From contig JBAXEO010000003.1 in NCBI GenBank assembly GCA_037140395.1, positions 1 through 38,564 of the forward strand: 38,564 nucleotides of DNA. Direction: 5' to 3'. A program made the translations under genes and the position numbers. The stretch's first letter is position 1. Each line of letters begins with the position of its first letter. Below the pieces are notes generated by a model. It was given only the letters and a program-made list of their open reading frames with translations, was not told where the DNA came from and ran no database searches. The DNA comes from Coriobacteriia bacterium (GTDB lineage: Bacteria > Actinomycetota > Coriobacteriia > Anaerosomatales > JAAXUF01). Shown piece after piece: positions 26,616-36,490 of this stretch.

Positions 26616-27416
26616 TCAAGCATTTCCCTCGTCAATCCACACGTCATCGGGGTAGTCGACCGACCAGAGTGTGAGCCCGCGTGCGGGTGCGGTCTGCCCG
26701 GCTGCATCACGTTGCCTGGCCGCCAGTGCCTCCCCCACCCAGCTGGGTTCGTAGCGCCCCACTCCGACCTCGACGAGGCTCCCGACGATGGTGCGGACCA
26801 TCGAGTGAAGGAATGCGTTGCCGACCACGCGGACTGTCAGGCACCGCTCGCCCAGGATCCACTCCTCGGCGATATCGATGGTCTCGACTCGGCGCACAGT
26901 CCGCTGGCCAATCGCTGAGTTCGTCACGCAAAACGAACGGAAGTCGTGTTCGCCGACGAGCAGAGCCGCCGCAAGGCGCATTGCGTCCAGATCGAGCGGC
27001 TTCTTAATCCCCCACGCCACGTGTGCCGTGAACAGGGGCGCCACCGGTCCGGCATGGAGTCGGTATCGATACTCTCGGCGTTTCGCGTCAAACCTTGCCG
27101 AGAAGCCCGGACGAGCGAACCGCACCTCAGACACGACGATTCCCGGCGTCATCGCATTGAGCGACTTGAGCAGGATCTCAGGATCCGGTCGTTGGCCCTC
27201 GAAGGGGAACGACACCACCTGCCCCAAGGCGTGCACGCCGGCGTCCGTCCGCCCAGCGCAGGCGATGAGCAGCGGGCGACGGAGCACGATGGCCAGCGAC
27301 TCCTCAAGGCGCTGCTGCACGGTTACCGCGTTGATCTGGCGGGCGAAGCCGGAGAACCGCGCGCCGTCGTAGGCGACGGTCAGAGCGATCACCGGGAAAC
27401 CGAGGTTCGATCCCAT
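26616..27416 (-). CDS. truA: tRNA pseudouridine(38-40) synthase
   Basis: YDG..FSGF, AGRTDAGVHA, FSARFDA, GEHDFRSF, AFLHSMVR. Start moved to ATG 27416. Confidence 0.95.
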   Translation of the reverse strand: MGSNLGFPVIALTVAYDGARFSGFARQINAVTVQQRLEESLAIVLRRPLLIACAGRTDAGVHALGQVVSFPFEGQRPDPEILLKSLNAMTPGIVVSEVRFARPGFSARFDAKRREYRYRLHAGPVAPLFTAHVAWGIKKPLDLDAMRLAAALLVGEHDFRSFCVTNSAIGQRTVRRVETIDIAEEWILGERCLTVRVVGNAFLHSMVRTIVGSLVEVGVGRYEPSWVGEALAARQRDAAGQTAPARGLTLWSVDYPDDVWIDEGNA

Positions 27417-27481
27417 TAGTTGCGGCACCTTACCGTGCAGGGTTGCATCTCGTCTCCTTGGGGCCGCAGCCCAATCATTTC

Positions 27482-28273
27482 TCAGAGCACTATCGTCGCA
27501 TAGACTGCGACGGTCACGCCCACCAGCAGCGTCGCCCAGTCGGAAGCGCGCATTCTCGAGGCGTGCAAGCGCGTACGACGTTGACCGGTGTAGCAGCGAG
27601 ATTCCATGGCCAGAGCCAGGTTGTCGGCTCGGCGAAAGAGGTTGACGAACAGGGGAATCAGCACCGGAACCCAAGCGCGAGCTCGGCGCAGCACTCCCCC
27701 CTCGTCGAAGCGCGCACCTCGCGCGGCCTGCGCGACGACGATCTTCTCGGCCTCCTCGGCGGTGGTGGGGATGAATCGCAGGGCGATGGAGAACATCATC
27801 GCGACGTCGTCGACGGGAAAGCGAAGCGGGCGCAGCGGCATCATGAGTCGCGAGAGTGCGTCAGTCAGCGCCACTGGGGACGTGGTCAGCGTCAGCAGGG
27901 ATGTCCCGGTAACCAGCAGGATGATGCGCGCCGCGAAGTAGAGGCCTGTCAGCAGCCCGGCACGGCTGATCCCGAGCGACCCGAGCCGCAAGAGGCTGTC
28001 GGCCGGATTCCAGCGCAGAGCGTTCATCGTCACGGTGAGCAGCAGCAACACCGCCACCGGGCGCAGCCCGCGCAACGCGAGGTGCCACGGTACCCGCGAG
28101 AGCAACAGCGTCAGCACCACAAGCACGGTGGCCAGTCCCAGTCCCGACCAACCTGCCGAGGCAAACAGCACCACTGTGTAGCAGGCTACGAGCGCAAGCT
28201 TCACGCGCGGCTCCAGTCGGTGTACCGGGGAGTCTATCGGCACATACTGCCCAAAGGGGACCGGGATTCCCAT
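27482..28273 (-). CDS. ecfT: ECF transporter transmembrane T component
   Basis: GQY...DSPVHRLEPRVKL, IALRFIPT, AQAARG, AMESRCY. Confidence 0.93.
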   Translation of the reverse strand: MGIPVPFGQYVPIDSPVHRLEPRVKLALVACYTVVLFASAGWSGLGLATVLVVLTLLLSRVPWHLALRGLRPVAVLLLLTVTMNALRWNPADSLLRLGSLGISRAGLLTGLYFAARIILLVTGTSLLTLTTSPVALTDALSRLMMPLRPLRFPVDDVAMMFSIALRFIPTTAEEAEKIVVAQAARGARFDEGGVLRRARAWVPVLIPLFVNLFRRADNLALAMESRCYTGQRRTRLHASRMRASDWATLLVGVTVAVYATIVL

Positions 28274-29106
28274 CACGCGCTCCCAAAGACACGAGCCAGC
28301 GATGCTGCTGCGCGCGCAGGGTCGAGAGTGAACCGCCCGACATCGTGGCCGCGCGCGCGTGCGAGCATCTGGACGCGCAGGACGTCGGGCGCGAGCAAGC
28401 CCGCATCAGCGAAGGGTGCCGGCTCGGCGATGATGTCGGCAGCGGGACCGTCGTAGACCGCACGCCCAGAGGCGAGAACGAGCACGCGGTCGGCAACCCC
28501 TAGGAACTCCTCGGCCGAGTGGCTCACGACGACGATGCCCGCGTGACCACGCGCTTCCGAGACGATCGCGCTCACTGCGCGACGGCCCAGCGCGTCGAGA
28601 CCGGCGGTCGGCTCGTCGAGCAGCAGATAGCGAGGAGCAAACGCCAGCACGCCCGCGATTGCAGCACGCCGCGCCTCGCCACCTGACAGCGAGAACGGCG
28701 ACCGCTCGCCATACTCCGCAGGTGGCAGGCCGACGCTGACGAGCGCCTCGCTCGCAGCCGCATCCGCCTCAGCCTCGGAGCGGCCCATGTTGCGCGGACC
28801 GAAAGCGACGTCGGCCGCAACCGTTTCGGCGAACAGCTGCGACTCGGCGTCCTGAAACACCATCCCGACGCGCCCGCGCGCGGTCTTGCGCGTAAGCGGC
28901 TCCCCGTCGATGGTGGCGCTACCCTCGGCTCCATCGAGGAGACCGGCCGCAATCCGCAGCAGCGTGGACTTGCCCGAGCCGGTCGCGCCCAGAACTAAGA
29001 CGATCTCGCCGGGTGCGACGCACAGCGACACCGACTCCAGCGCTCGCTGCGAGTAGCCAGTCCCCGCGGCATACGTGTAGCCGATGCCCTCCAGCGTCAG
29101 CGACAT
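28273..29106 (-). CDS. ecfA2: ECF transporter ATPase A2
   Basis: GATGSGKST, QLFAETV..DVAFGP, SPFSLSGGE, DEPTAGLD. Confidence 0.92.
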   Translation of the reverse strand: MSLTLEGIGYTYAAGTGYSQRALESVSLCVAPGEIVLVLGATGSGKSTLLRIAAGLLDGAEGSATIDGEPLTRKTARGRVGMVFQDAESQLFAETVAADVAFGPRNMGRSEAEADAAASEALVSVGLPPAEYGERSPFSLSGGEARRAAIAGVLAFAPRYLLLDEPTAGLDALGRRAVSAIVSEARGHAGIVVVSHSAEEFLGVADRVLVLASGRAVYDGPAADIIAEPAPFADAGLLAPDVLRVQMLARARGHDVGRFTLDPARAAASLARVFGSA

Positions 29107-29915
29107 AGCGCGTCCACCAGACCCTCAGGCTCGGGCAATCCCGGAGCTAAGGTAATCCCGAGCTCGCGAAGGTGAGCTGTGAGCAGCGCAAACGGCGGAA
29201 CCTCAAGGCCACACTCGCCGAGAAGCTCGGTCTGCTCGGCAAGCACATCGGCCGGTCCGGAGAACACGATCACACCGTGGTCGAGCACGACAACTCGGTC
29301 GGCTCGGGCCGCCTCGGCTAGATCGTGCGTGACGAGCAATATCCCCCTGCCCGAGCGGCCGAGACGCTCGATAACCGCCGCTACGTCGCGGCGACCCTCA
29401 GGGTCGAGCATGGACGTCGGCTCATCGAGCACCAGGTACTCCGGCTGCATGGCCAGCGCGCCGGCAATGGCGAGCCGCTGCTTCTGACCACCGGAGAGCA
29501 AGTGGGGCTCGCGACGCTCGAGGCCGACAAGCCCCACCGCGGCGAGCGCCTCGTCGACACGCCGGCGGATCTCGTCGCGCGGCCTCCCCAGATTCTCGGG
29601 CCCAAACGCCACGTCGTCTTCAACGGTGGTCGCCACGATCTGGTCGTCGGGATGCTGCAGGACAATTGCGACCCGCTCGCGGATCTCCCGAGTGAGCGAC
29701 CCATCGGCCGTATCGAACCCATCCACCGTGACCGTGCCGGAGTCGGGCAGCAACAGCCCGTTGGTGAGCCGAGCCAGCGTCGACTTGCCCGAGCCATTGG
29801 CGCCTAGAACCGCAACCGTCTCACCGGGAGCAATCTCAAGCGACACGCTGCGCAAGGCCAGAAGCGGCTTGCCCGCGGCATGGTAGGAGAAGCAAACATC
29901 GAAAAAGCTGATCAC
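29097..29915 (-). CDS. ecfA1: ECF transporter ATPase A1
   Basis: GANGSGKST, PDDQIVATTVEDDVAFGPEN, EPHLLSGGQKQR. Start GTG 29915 after GGGGAG. Confidence 0.92.
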   Translation of the reverse strand: MISFFDVCFSYHAAGKPLLALRSVSLEIAPGETVAVLGANGSGKSTLARLTNGLLLPDSGTVTVDGFDTADGSLTREIRERVAIVLQHPDDQIVATTVEDDVAFGPENLGRPRDEIRRRVDEALAAVGLVGLERREPHLLSGGQKQRLAIAGALAMQPEYLVLDEPTSMLDPEGRRDVAAVIERLGRSGRGILLVTHDLAEAARADRVVVLDHGVIVFSGPADVLAEQTELLGECGLEVPPFALLTAHLRELGITLAPGLPEPEGLVDALCR

Positions 29916-29945
29916 GGTGCGTTTGTCTCCCCGAGGCGTCGCGCG

Positions 29946-29982
29946 ACAGTAAGAGAGGACCCCCACTGAAGGAGGCCCTCTC
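29946..29982 (-). terminator. Terminator hairpin after rplQ
   Basis: Minus strand GAGAGGGCCTCC-TTCAGT-GGGGGTCCTCTC followed by TTACTGT. Confidence 0.65.
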
Positions 29983-30020
29983 ATGTTAACGCTCTAGCAC
30001 CCAACCCAGTTGCGGGCAAG

Positions 30021-30371
30021 CTAGTCGACGAGCTCCATGATGACCATGGGTGCCGAGTCGCCCTTGCGCGGGCCGAGCTTCATGATGCGGGTGTAGCCGC
30101 CCGGACGACCCTCGTAGCGCTCGCGATCGTTGAAGATCTTTGCGACGAGTTCCTTGTCACCGATGGCCGCGATTGCAAGACGACGCGAGTGCACATCGCC
30201 CTTCTTCGCCCAGGTGATGACCTTGTCGACGAGCGGCCGAACTTCCTTGGCCCGCGCTTCGGTGGTCTTGATCCGCTCGCTGATGAACAGCGCGCCAGCG
30301 ATGCTCTTGAGCATCGCCTTGGTGTGGCTCGCGTCGGTTCCCAGTTTACGGCCCTTTACTTGATGTCTCAT
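30021..30371 (-). CDS. rplQ: 50S ribosomal protein L17
   Basis: MRH....KLG, IKTTEARAKE, RPGGYTRI. Confidence 0.97.
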   Translation of the reverse strand: MRHQVKGRKLGTDASHTKAMLKSIAGALFISERIKTTEARAKEVRPLVDKVITWAKKGDVHSRRLAIAAIGDKELVAKIFNDRERYEGRPGGYTRIMKLGPRKGDSAPMVIMELVD

Positions 30372-30387
30372 GGTCTGCGCTCTCCCA

Positions 30388-31332
30388 CTAAGGCTTCAGG
30401 CCCAAGCCCATTTGCTGGAGCTTGTCCTTGACTTCTTCGATCGACTTCGCACCGAAGTTACGGATATTGAGCAGGTCGTTCTCCGAGCAATCATTCAGCT
30501 GTCCGATGGTGTTGACACCCTGCCGCTTAAGGCAGTTGTAGGAGCGGACCGAAAGGTCGAGCTCCTCGATAGGCGTGTCGAGCACACTCTCGCCCTCATC
30601 AACGGCCGCGGCGAAAATGCCTTCCTCCGACAAGGGAGTGGCCGCATGGTCGACAAACAGCATCATGTGCTCGTCGATAATGCGCCCAGCACGTGCCACC
30701 GCGTCGCTCGGGTCGATGGCGCCGTTGGTCTCGACCTCAAGAGTGAGCTTGTCGTAGTCAGTACGCTGACCCACGCGCGTGTTCTCCACGACGTAGGTAC
30801 ACCGAGTGACCGGAGAGAACAGCGAATCGACGGTGATGACCCCAATGGGATCCTCGACGCGCTTGTTGCGATCCGCCGAGACGTACCCACGGCCGACGCC
30901 GATGCGTATTCCCATCTCAAGCTTCGCGCCCTTGTTCAGGTGCGCGATGACGTGCTCCGGGTTGACCAGCTCGAACTCGGCAGGGACCTTGAGGTCCGCG
31001 CCGGTCACAGCGGTCTGACCAGACACCGACAGCGTAGCGACTGCGTCGCCCGCGCCGATCCCGGTCTCTCGGAAAACAAGGCCTTTCACGTTGAGCACGA
31101 TGTCGGTGACGTCCTCACGAACGCCCTCGATTGAAGCAAACTCGTGCTGCTGGCCTTCGATCCTTATAGAAGTGGCTGCCGCCCCCTGAAGAGAGGAGAG
31201 CAGCACACGACGCATGCAGTTGCCCAAGGTGTAGCCGAAACCGCGCTCGAGCGGCTCGACCACGTAACGCGCAACACGAGCGTCGACCTGGTCGAGATCG
31301 ACCGTTACCTCTGGCCTCATGAACTCTGTCAT
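30388..31332 (-). CDS. rpoA: DNA-directed RNA polymerase subunit alpha
   Basis: EPLERGFGYTLGN, GRGYV, RVGQRTDYDKL, LSVRSYNCLKR, NFGAKS. Confidence 0.98.
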   Translation of the reverse strand: MTEFMRPEVTVDLDQVDARVARYVVEPLERGFGYTLGNCMRRVLLSSLQGAAATSIRIEGQQHEFASIEGVREDVTDIVLNVKGLVFRETGIGAGDAVATLSVSGQTAVTGADLKVPAEFELVNPEHVIAHLNKGAKLEMGIRIGVGRGYVSADRNKRVEDPIGVITVDSLFSPVTRCTYVVENTRVGQRTDYDKLTLEVETNGAIDPSDAVARAGRIIDEHMMLFVDHAATPLSEEGIFAAAVDEGESVLDTPIEELDLSVRSYNCLKRQGVNTIGQLNDCSENDLLNIRNFGAKSIEEVKDKLQQMGLGLKP

Positions 31333-31361
31333 CCAGTAGCCTCCTTGGCTGTGAGGTACGG

Positions 31362-31988
31362 TTACTTCGAGTAGAGCTCGACGATAAGCTGCTCGCGGAC
31401 CGGTGCGTCGATCTGCTCACGCGACGGAAGCGAAAGGATCTTGCCCTGCAACTTCTCGATGTCGACCTCAAGCCAACCCGGAACCTCGATCTTCTCAGAC
31501 GAGATAAGCGCCGTCTTGATGACGATCAAGTCGCGGGACTTCTCGGCAATGGCCACTACCTCGTCCGGACGAACTCGGTACGAAGGAATGTCAACGCGCT
31601 TGCCATTGATGGTGATGTGGCCGTGGCGCACGATCTGCCTTGCTTCGTCGCGAGACTTGGCAAAGCCGAGACGATAGACCACGTTGTCCAGCCGGCTCTC
31701 GAGAATACGCAGCAGGTTCTCACCGGTGATGCCCTTCTGGGCAGACGCGATGACGTAGTAGCCGCGGAACTGCTTCTCGAGCAGGCCGTAGATACGCTTG
31801 GTCCGCTGCTTCTCGCGCAGCTGGACACGGTACTCCGAGTCACGCGGCCGTTTCTTGCCGGCCTGACCAGGAGGATACGGGCGCTTCTCCACTCCGCACT
31901 TGTCGGAGTAGCAGCGATCGCCCTTTAGGAACAGTTTGATGCCTTCACGGCGGCACAGACGACAGTCCGCCCCGGTGTATCGAGCCAT
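31362..31988 (-). CDS. rpsD: 30S ribosomal protein S4 (Cys-containing, Zn-ribbon type)
   Basis: [16 protein letters not shown]...C...[21 protein letters not shown]. Confidence 0.98.
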   Translation of the reverse strand: MARYTGADCRLCRREGIKLFLKGDRCYSDKCGVEKRPYPPGQAGKKRPRDSEYRVQLREKQRTKRIYGLLEKQFRGYYVIASAQKGITGENLLRILESRLDNVVYRLGFAKSRDEARQIVRHGHITINGKRVDIPSYRVRPDEVVAIAEKSRDLIVIKTALISSEKIEVPGWLEVDIEKLQGKILSLPSREQIDAPVREQLIVELYSK

Positions 31989-32007
31989 AGGTACAAATCC
32001 TCCCGGG

Positions 32008-32409
32008 TTATACGCGACGACGCTTGCGCGGACGGCAACCGTTGTGCGGGACCGGCGTGCAATCCTGAATGCTCGAGATCTCCAGGCCAGCGGCCTGCAG
32101 CGAGCGGATAGCGGTCTCGCGGCCCGAACCCGGGCCCTTGACGAATACGGCGACCTTACGCAGGCCGTGCTCTTGTGCCATCTTTGCAGCTGCCTCGGCG
32201 GCCATCTGCGCGGCGAATGGGGTGGACTTGCGAGAGCCCTTGAACCCGACTGTGCCGGCCGATTGCCAGGAGATCACGTTGCCCGTAGGGTCAGTGATGC
32301 TGATGATGGTGTTATTGAACGTGCTCTTAATGTGCGCCTGACCGACGGCAATATTCTTGCGCTCAGAGCGCTTCAGCCGGGTCCGGACATTCTTCTTCTT
32401 AGCTACCAT
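32008..32409 (-). CDS. rpsK: 30S ribosomal protein S11
   Basis: [27 protein letters not shown]. Confidence 0.98.
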   Translation of the reverse strand: MVAKKKNVRTRLKRSERKNIAVGQAHIKSTFNNTIISITDPTGNVISWQSAGTVGFKGSRKSTPFAAQMAAEAAAKMAQEHGLRKVAVFVKGPGSGRETAIRSLQAAGLEISSIQDCTPVPHNGCRPRKRRRV

Positions 32410-32412
32410 CGG

Positions 32413-32787
32413 TTACTTGCCCTTCTTCTTCGCGCCGATTTGGCGACGCGGGCCCTTCCGGGTGCGCGCATTGGTGTGCGTGCGCTGGCCGCGGACGGGA
32501 AGCCCCTTGCGGTGACGAAGACCGCGATAGCAGCCGATCTCCATGAGGCGCTTGATGTTCTGCGATACCTCGCGACGGAGGTCACCCTCGATCTTGAGGT
32601 TCTTGTCGATGTACTCGCGAAGACGCACAACCTCTTCTTCCGTGAGGTCGCGCACGCGAGTAGCTGGGTCGATAGCGGTCTCGCGGACAACGAGCTGACT
32701 GGTGGTCAGACCGATGCCATAGATGTAGGTCAGGCCGATCTCAACGCGCTTCTCGCGCGGGAGGTCGACGCCTGCGATTCGGGCCAC
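32413..32787 (-). CDS. rpsM: 30S ribosomal protein S13
   Basis: [30 protein letters not shown]. Confidence 0.98.
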   Translation of the reverse strand: MARIAGVDLPREKRVEIGLTYIYGIGLTTSQLVVRETAIDPATRVRDLTEEEVVRLREYIDKNLKIEGDLRREVSQNIKRLMEIGCYRGLRHRKGLPVRGQRTHTNARTRKGPRRQIGAKKKGK

Positions 32788-32799
32788 TCGTGCTCCCTC

Positions 32800-32913
32800 C
32801 TAGCCCTGACGCTGCTTATGGCGCGGGTTCTCGCAGATCACGAGGACTCGGCCATGGCGCCGGATCACCTTGCACTTGTCACACATTCTCTTTACTGAAG
32901 GTCGTACCTTCAT
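32800..32913 (-). CDS. rpmJ: 50S ribosomal protein L36
   Basis: Below the ORF-track cutoff. Manual translation [37 protein letters not shown]; AAGGA SD. Confidence 0.97.
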   Translation of the reverse strand: MKVRPSVKRMCDKCKVIRRHGRVLVICENPRHKQRQG

Positions 32914-33039
32914 CGTTCTTTCCTTTCAACACCGTGAATCGATCTATCTGCACACCCAGCCGCAGGCGTGGTTTGTCCATGCATAGGCCCCGGTGACACG
33001 CTACCGGGAGTGTCCACTAGCTAGCGGACAGAAACGAAA

Positions 33040-33261
33040 CTACTTGTAGCGGTAGGTGATTCTCCCCCGAGTGAGGTCGTAGGGCGAAAGCTCAACGACC
33101 ACTTTGTCGCCGGGCAGGATGCGAATGTAGTGCATACGCATCTTGCCGGAAATGTGTGCGAGAACTTTGTGTCCGTTCTCCAGCTCTACGCGAAACATCG
33201 CATTAGGTAGAGGCTCGACAACCGTTCCTTCGAGTTCAATTGCATCGTCCCGCTTTGCCAC
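33040..33261 (-). CDS. infA: Translation initiation factor IF-1
   Basis: [24 protein letters not shown]...ISGKMR...[10 protein letters not shown]. Start GTG 33261 after GAGGAG. Confidence 0.97.
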   Translation of the reverse strand: MAKRDDAIELEGTVVEPLPNAMFRVELENGHKVLAHISGKMRMHYIRILPGDKVVVELSPYDLTRGRITYRYK

Positions 33262-33301
33262 GAAAAGGGTGCTCCTCACAATGTGGAAATCGCAAGTGGA
33301 C

Positions 33302-33332
33302 ATCTTATCCTATGTACTGCTGGCGCGTCCAA
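33302..33332 (-). promoter_or_regulatory. Possible promoter of the infA-rpmJ-alpha operon
   Basis: Minus strand TTGGAC/TGGACG, 18-19 nt spacer, TAAGAT(33307-33302). Confidence 0.35.
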
Positions 33333-33369
33333 CTATTCCTGCCCCGCTCAAAGCCGACAACCCCGCGGC

Positions 33370-34119
33370 CTACTCGGCTGTCAGGATTAGCGGTCCATTC
33401 TCGGTGATGGCCACCGTGTGTTCGAAGTGCGCAGATAGTGATCCGTCCCTCGTCACGACGGTCCACCCGTCAGGGAGCGACTCGACGGCTGCTAGGCCCG
33501 CGTTGACCATCGGCTCGATCGCCAAGACCATTCCCGCAGCCAGCAGCGGCCCCTTCCCGGGCGTACCGTAGTTGGGGACGTTGGGGTCCTCGTGCATGGC
33601 TCGGCCGATCCCATGGCCCACGTACTCGCGGACAATGGAGAAACCGGCTTCCTCAGCCACCGCCTGCACGGCAGCACCGATATCGAATAGGTGGTTGCCG
33701 CAAATTGATGCCGCAATTCCAGCGGCCAACGAAGCCCTGGTGGCATCGAGCAGCCGCTGGGCCTCCTCGGAGATGGTACCGACAGCGAATGTACAAGCGT
33801 TGTCACCGTAGTAGCCATCAACAATGGCGCCCACGTCCACGGAGAGGATCTGACCTTCGAGCAGGCGGGTCAACGCCGACGGTATCCCGTGCACAACCTG
33901 ACATCCGACAGACGTGCATAGCGTCTTGGGAAACCCGTGGTAGCCCTTGAACGCAGGCACGCCGTTGGCCTCGCGAATGATCGTTTCGGCCAGCTCGTCG
34001 AGCTCGGCGGTAGTGACCCCGGGGGCGACGGCCTCGCCCACCATCCGAAGGGCTCGGGCGCTGACGCGGCCAGCCTCTCGCATGGTTTCGATCTCAGCGG
34101 CTGACTTGCGAACGATCAC
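33370..34119 (-). CDS. map: Methionine aminopeptidase type I
   Basis: HGIP, DVG.....YGD, GHGIG..MHEDP, EPMVN, SAHFEHT. Confidence 0.97.
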   Translation of the reverse strand: MIVRKSAAEIETMREAGRVSARALRMVGEAVAPGVTTAELDELAETIIREANGVPAFKGYHGFPKTLCTSVGCQVVHGIPSALTRLLEGQILSVDVGAIVDGYYGDNACTFAVGTISEEAQRLLDATRASLAAGIAASICGNHLFDIGAAVQAVAEEAGFSIVREYVGHGIGRAMHEDPNVPNYGTPGKGPLLAAGMVLAIEPMVNAGLAAVESLPDGWTVVTRDGSLSAHFEHTVAITENGPLILTAE

Positions 34120-34126
34120 GAAGCGA

Positions 34127-34756
34127 CTAGACCCCCAGCGCCGTTAGCAGTTCGGCGAAGACGACTTCGACCGCGCGATCCCCATCAACCTCATGGAGCA
34201 CGCCTTTCTCGCGGTAGTAGTCCACGAGCGGCGCGGTTGAACGGGCATAGACCTCGAGGCGGTTGCGAACTGTCGTCTCATTGTCGTCGTCTCGAAGGTA
34301 GAGCTCGCCATCGCACTTGGGGCAAACAGCACCCGCCGAGACACTCGTGATCGCGCCGCAGACACGACAGGTGCGCCGCGAAGTCAGCCGAGCCACGATG
34401 ATCTCAGGATCCACATCGACCGCAACCGCGGCCTCGATCATCTTGCCAAGTGAGGCGAGCTCGGAATCGAGTGCCTCGGCTTGGGCGACGGTTCGGGGAA
34501 ACCCGTCCAGGATGAACCCGGGTACCGTATCGTCCTCGGCGAGACGATCTTTGACCAGTCCGATGACGACACTGTCCGGAACAAGCTCCCCGGCATCCAT
34601 AAACTTCTTGGCCTCAAGGCCGAGAGTGGTGCTGTTGGCCACAGCGGCCCGGAGGATGTCACCCGTAGAAATCTGCGGGATAGTGAACTTCTCGGTAAGC
34701 ATCTTGGCTTGGGTGCCTTTGCCAGCACCGGGAGCTCCGAGCAAGACGATGTTCAT
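34127..34756 (-). CDS. adk: Adenylate kinase (Zn-lid type)
   Basis: GAPGAGKGTQA, STGDILR, LDGFPRT, CRVC...CPKC lid. Confidence 0.97.
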   Translation of the reverse strand: MNIVLLGAPGAGKGTQAKMLTEKFTIPQISTGDILRAAVANSTTLGLEAKKFMDAGELVPDSVVIGLVKDRLAEDDTVPGFILDGFPRTVAQAEALDSELASLGKMIEAAVAVDVDPEIIVARLTSRRTCRVCGAITSVSAGAVCPKCDGELYLRDDDNETTVRNRLEVYARSTAPLVDYYREKGVLHEVDGDRAVEVVFAELLTALGV

Positions 34757-34790
34757 GCCAACCTCCGGGTCCTTCGCGTGACCGTCGTTC

Positions 34791-36047
34791 CTAGGACTTG
34801 AAGAAGCCCTCGTAGTGTCGCATCTTGAGCTGGCTCTCGAGCTGAGTCATCGTCTCGAGCGCTACGCCCACCATGATCAGAATCGACGTGCCGCCGAACT
34901 GACGCACCAGCGGGTCGTTGGTTGCGGTGAAGAGAATGGTCGGCACAACCGCGATGGTACCGAGGAACAGTGCACCCGGAAGAGTGATCCGGTTGAGCAC
35001 GTTCTCGATGTAGCGGACCGTGGCAGAGCCCGGACGTACTCCGGGGATAAACCCACCATTCTTGCGGAGGTTGTCGGCCAGATCGATGGGGTTAAAGACC
35101 AGCGCTGTGTAGAAGTAGGTGAAGAAGACAATCAAGACGAACTCGGCGACCCAGTTGACCGGTCCCTGCGACAGCGACTGGCCGATGGTGATCAGCCACG
35201 GAATATTGGTGATCGTGGCGATCTGGAGCGGGAAGAAGAGGATGGCCGACGCGAAGATGATCGGCACAACGTTGGCGCCGTTGATCTTGAGCGGGATGTA
35301 CGTGCCAGAGCCGCCGTAGACCTTGCGTCCGACAACGCGTTTGGCGTACTGAACCGGGATGCGGCGTTGTGCTCGCTCCATGGTGACGATTGCGGCGATC
35401 ACGAACAACGTGATGACAAAGAGCAGCAGAGTGAAGACGCCGCTCTTGAAGGTGATCGACTGAACGATGGCCTGCGGGAACCGCGCCACGATGCTCGCGA
35501 AGATGATCAGTGACATTCCGTTGCCGATGCCGCGCTGCGTGATGAGCTCACTCATCCACATGATGAAGGCCGTGCCGGCAATCAGCGTGACCACGATGAC
35601 GAGGTTGGTAAACCACGCGGGGACCGAGCCTGTGGCCGGCAGCGCGGTGCGGAACACGGTGAGAAGGCCGAATGATTCGAGAAGCGCGATGCCCAGCGTC
35701 ATATATCGCGTGATCTGGGTAATCTTGCGCTGCCCGCTCTCGCCCTCCTTCTGCCACTGCTCAATCTTGGGAATCACGCCCTGGAGAAGCTGCATGATGA
35801 TCGAAGAAGTGATGTAGGGCATGATGCCCAGCGAGAAGACAGCGAACTTCTCAAGCGCTCCGCCCGAGAACATGCCCAGAAGTCCAAGGGTGGCGTTGTC
35901 GGTGATGAGCTGCTTGACCGTATCCAAGTTGACACCTGGCACTGGTATATAGGCACCCAGTCGGTACAAAGCGATCATTGCCAAGGTGAAGATGATCTTG
36001 CGACGCAGCTCCGGTATCCGAAACGCATTGGAGATCGCTGTTAGCAC
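34791..36047 (-). CDS. secY: Preprotein translocase subunit SecY
   Basis: LGIMPYITSSII, GIGNGMSLII, FIPGVRPG, FGGTSILI.VGV. Confidence 0.98.
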   Translation of the reverse strand: MLTAISNAFRIPELRRKIIFTLAMIALYRLGAYIPVPGVNLDTVKQLITDNATLGLLGMFSGGALEKFAVFSLGIMPYITSSIIMQLLQGVIPKIEQWQKEGESGQRKITQITRYMTLGIALLESFGLLTVFRTALPATGSVPAWFTNLVIVVTLIAGTAFIMWMSELITQRGIGNGMSLIIFASIVARFPQAIVQSITFKSGVFTLLLFVITLFVIAAIVTMERAQRRIPVQYAKRVVGRKVYGGSGTYIPLKINGANVVPIIFASAILFFPLQIATITNIPWLITIGQSLSQGPVNWVAEFVLIVFFTYFYTALVFNPIDLADNLRKNGGFIPGVRPGSATVRYIENVLNRITLPGALFLGTIAVVPTILFTATNDPLVRQFGGTSILIMVGVALETMTQLESQLKMRHYEGFFKS

Positions 36048-36490
36048 GACGCCTCGACCGTCCCTCCGGCTGCCTCGATTTTGAGCTTGGCGGGGGCTGA
36101 AACCTTGTCCACGCGCACGGTGAGCTTCTTCTGCAGCTCGCCATCGCCGAGTACTTTGATTGGGGCGGTGGCGGACTTGACGATGCCCTTGGCGAGAAGC
36201 GATTCACCGTCAACGATGTCGCCTTCGGCGAAGATCTCGTCGAGGCGGGATACGTTGACTACCGCATACTCGACACGGTTGCGGTTCTTGAAGCCCGGGA
36301 GCTTGGGTAGACGCATGGCCAGCGGGGTTTGACCACCCTCAAAGCCCGGTCCCTTGGTGCCGCCAGCTCGCGAACCCTGACCCTTGTCGCCTCGACCGGC
36401 AGTGCTTCCGTGGCCGCTTCCGTTACCGCGCCCAACACGCTTGCGGGGCTTGCGGGAACCAGGGGCGGGGAACAAGTCGTTAATCTGCAT
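36041..36490 (-). CDS. rplO: 50S ribosomal protein L15
   Basis: RVGRGNGSG, GFEGGQTPL..RLPK, KIEAAGG. Confidence 0.98.
   Translation of the reverse strand: MQINDLFPAPGSRKPRKRVGRGNGSGHGSTAGRGDKGQGSRAGGTKGPGFEGGQTPLAMRLPKLPGFKNRNRVEYAVVNVSRLDEIFAEGDIVDGESLLAKGIVKSATAPIKVLGDGELQKKLTVRVDKVSAPAKLKIEAAGGTVEASC

Noticed and set aside
27417-27674. Long N-terminal extensions on truA (and similarly on ecfA1, atpA, atpD, tsaB, infA) in the ORF track
   Set aside because: They overlap upstream genes, promoters or terminators. Downstream starts match the family N-termini and mostly have SDs.
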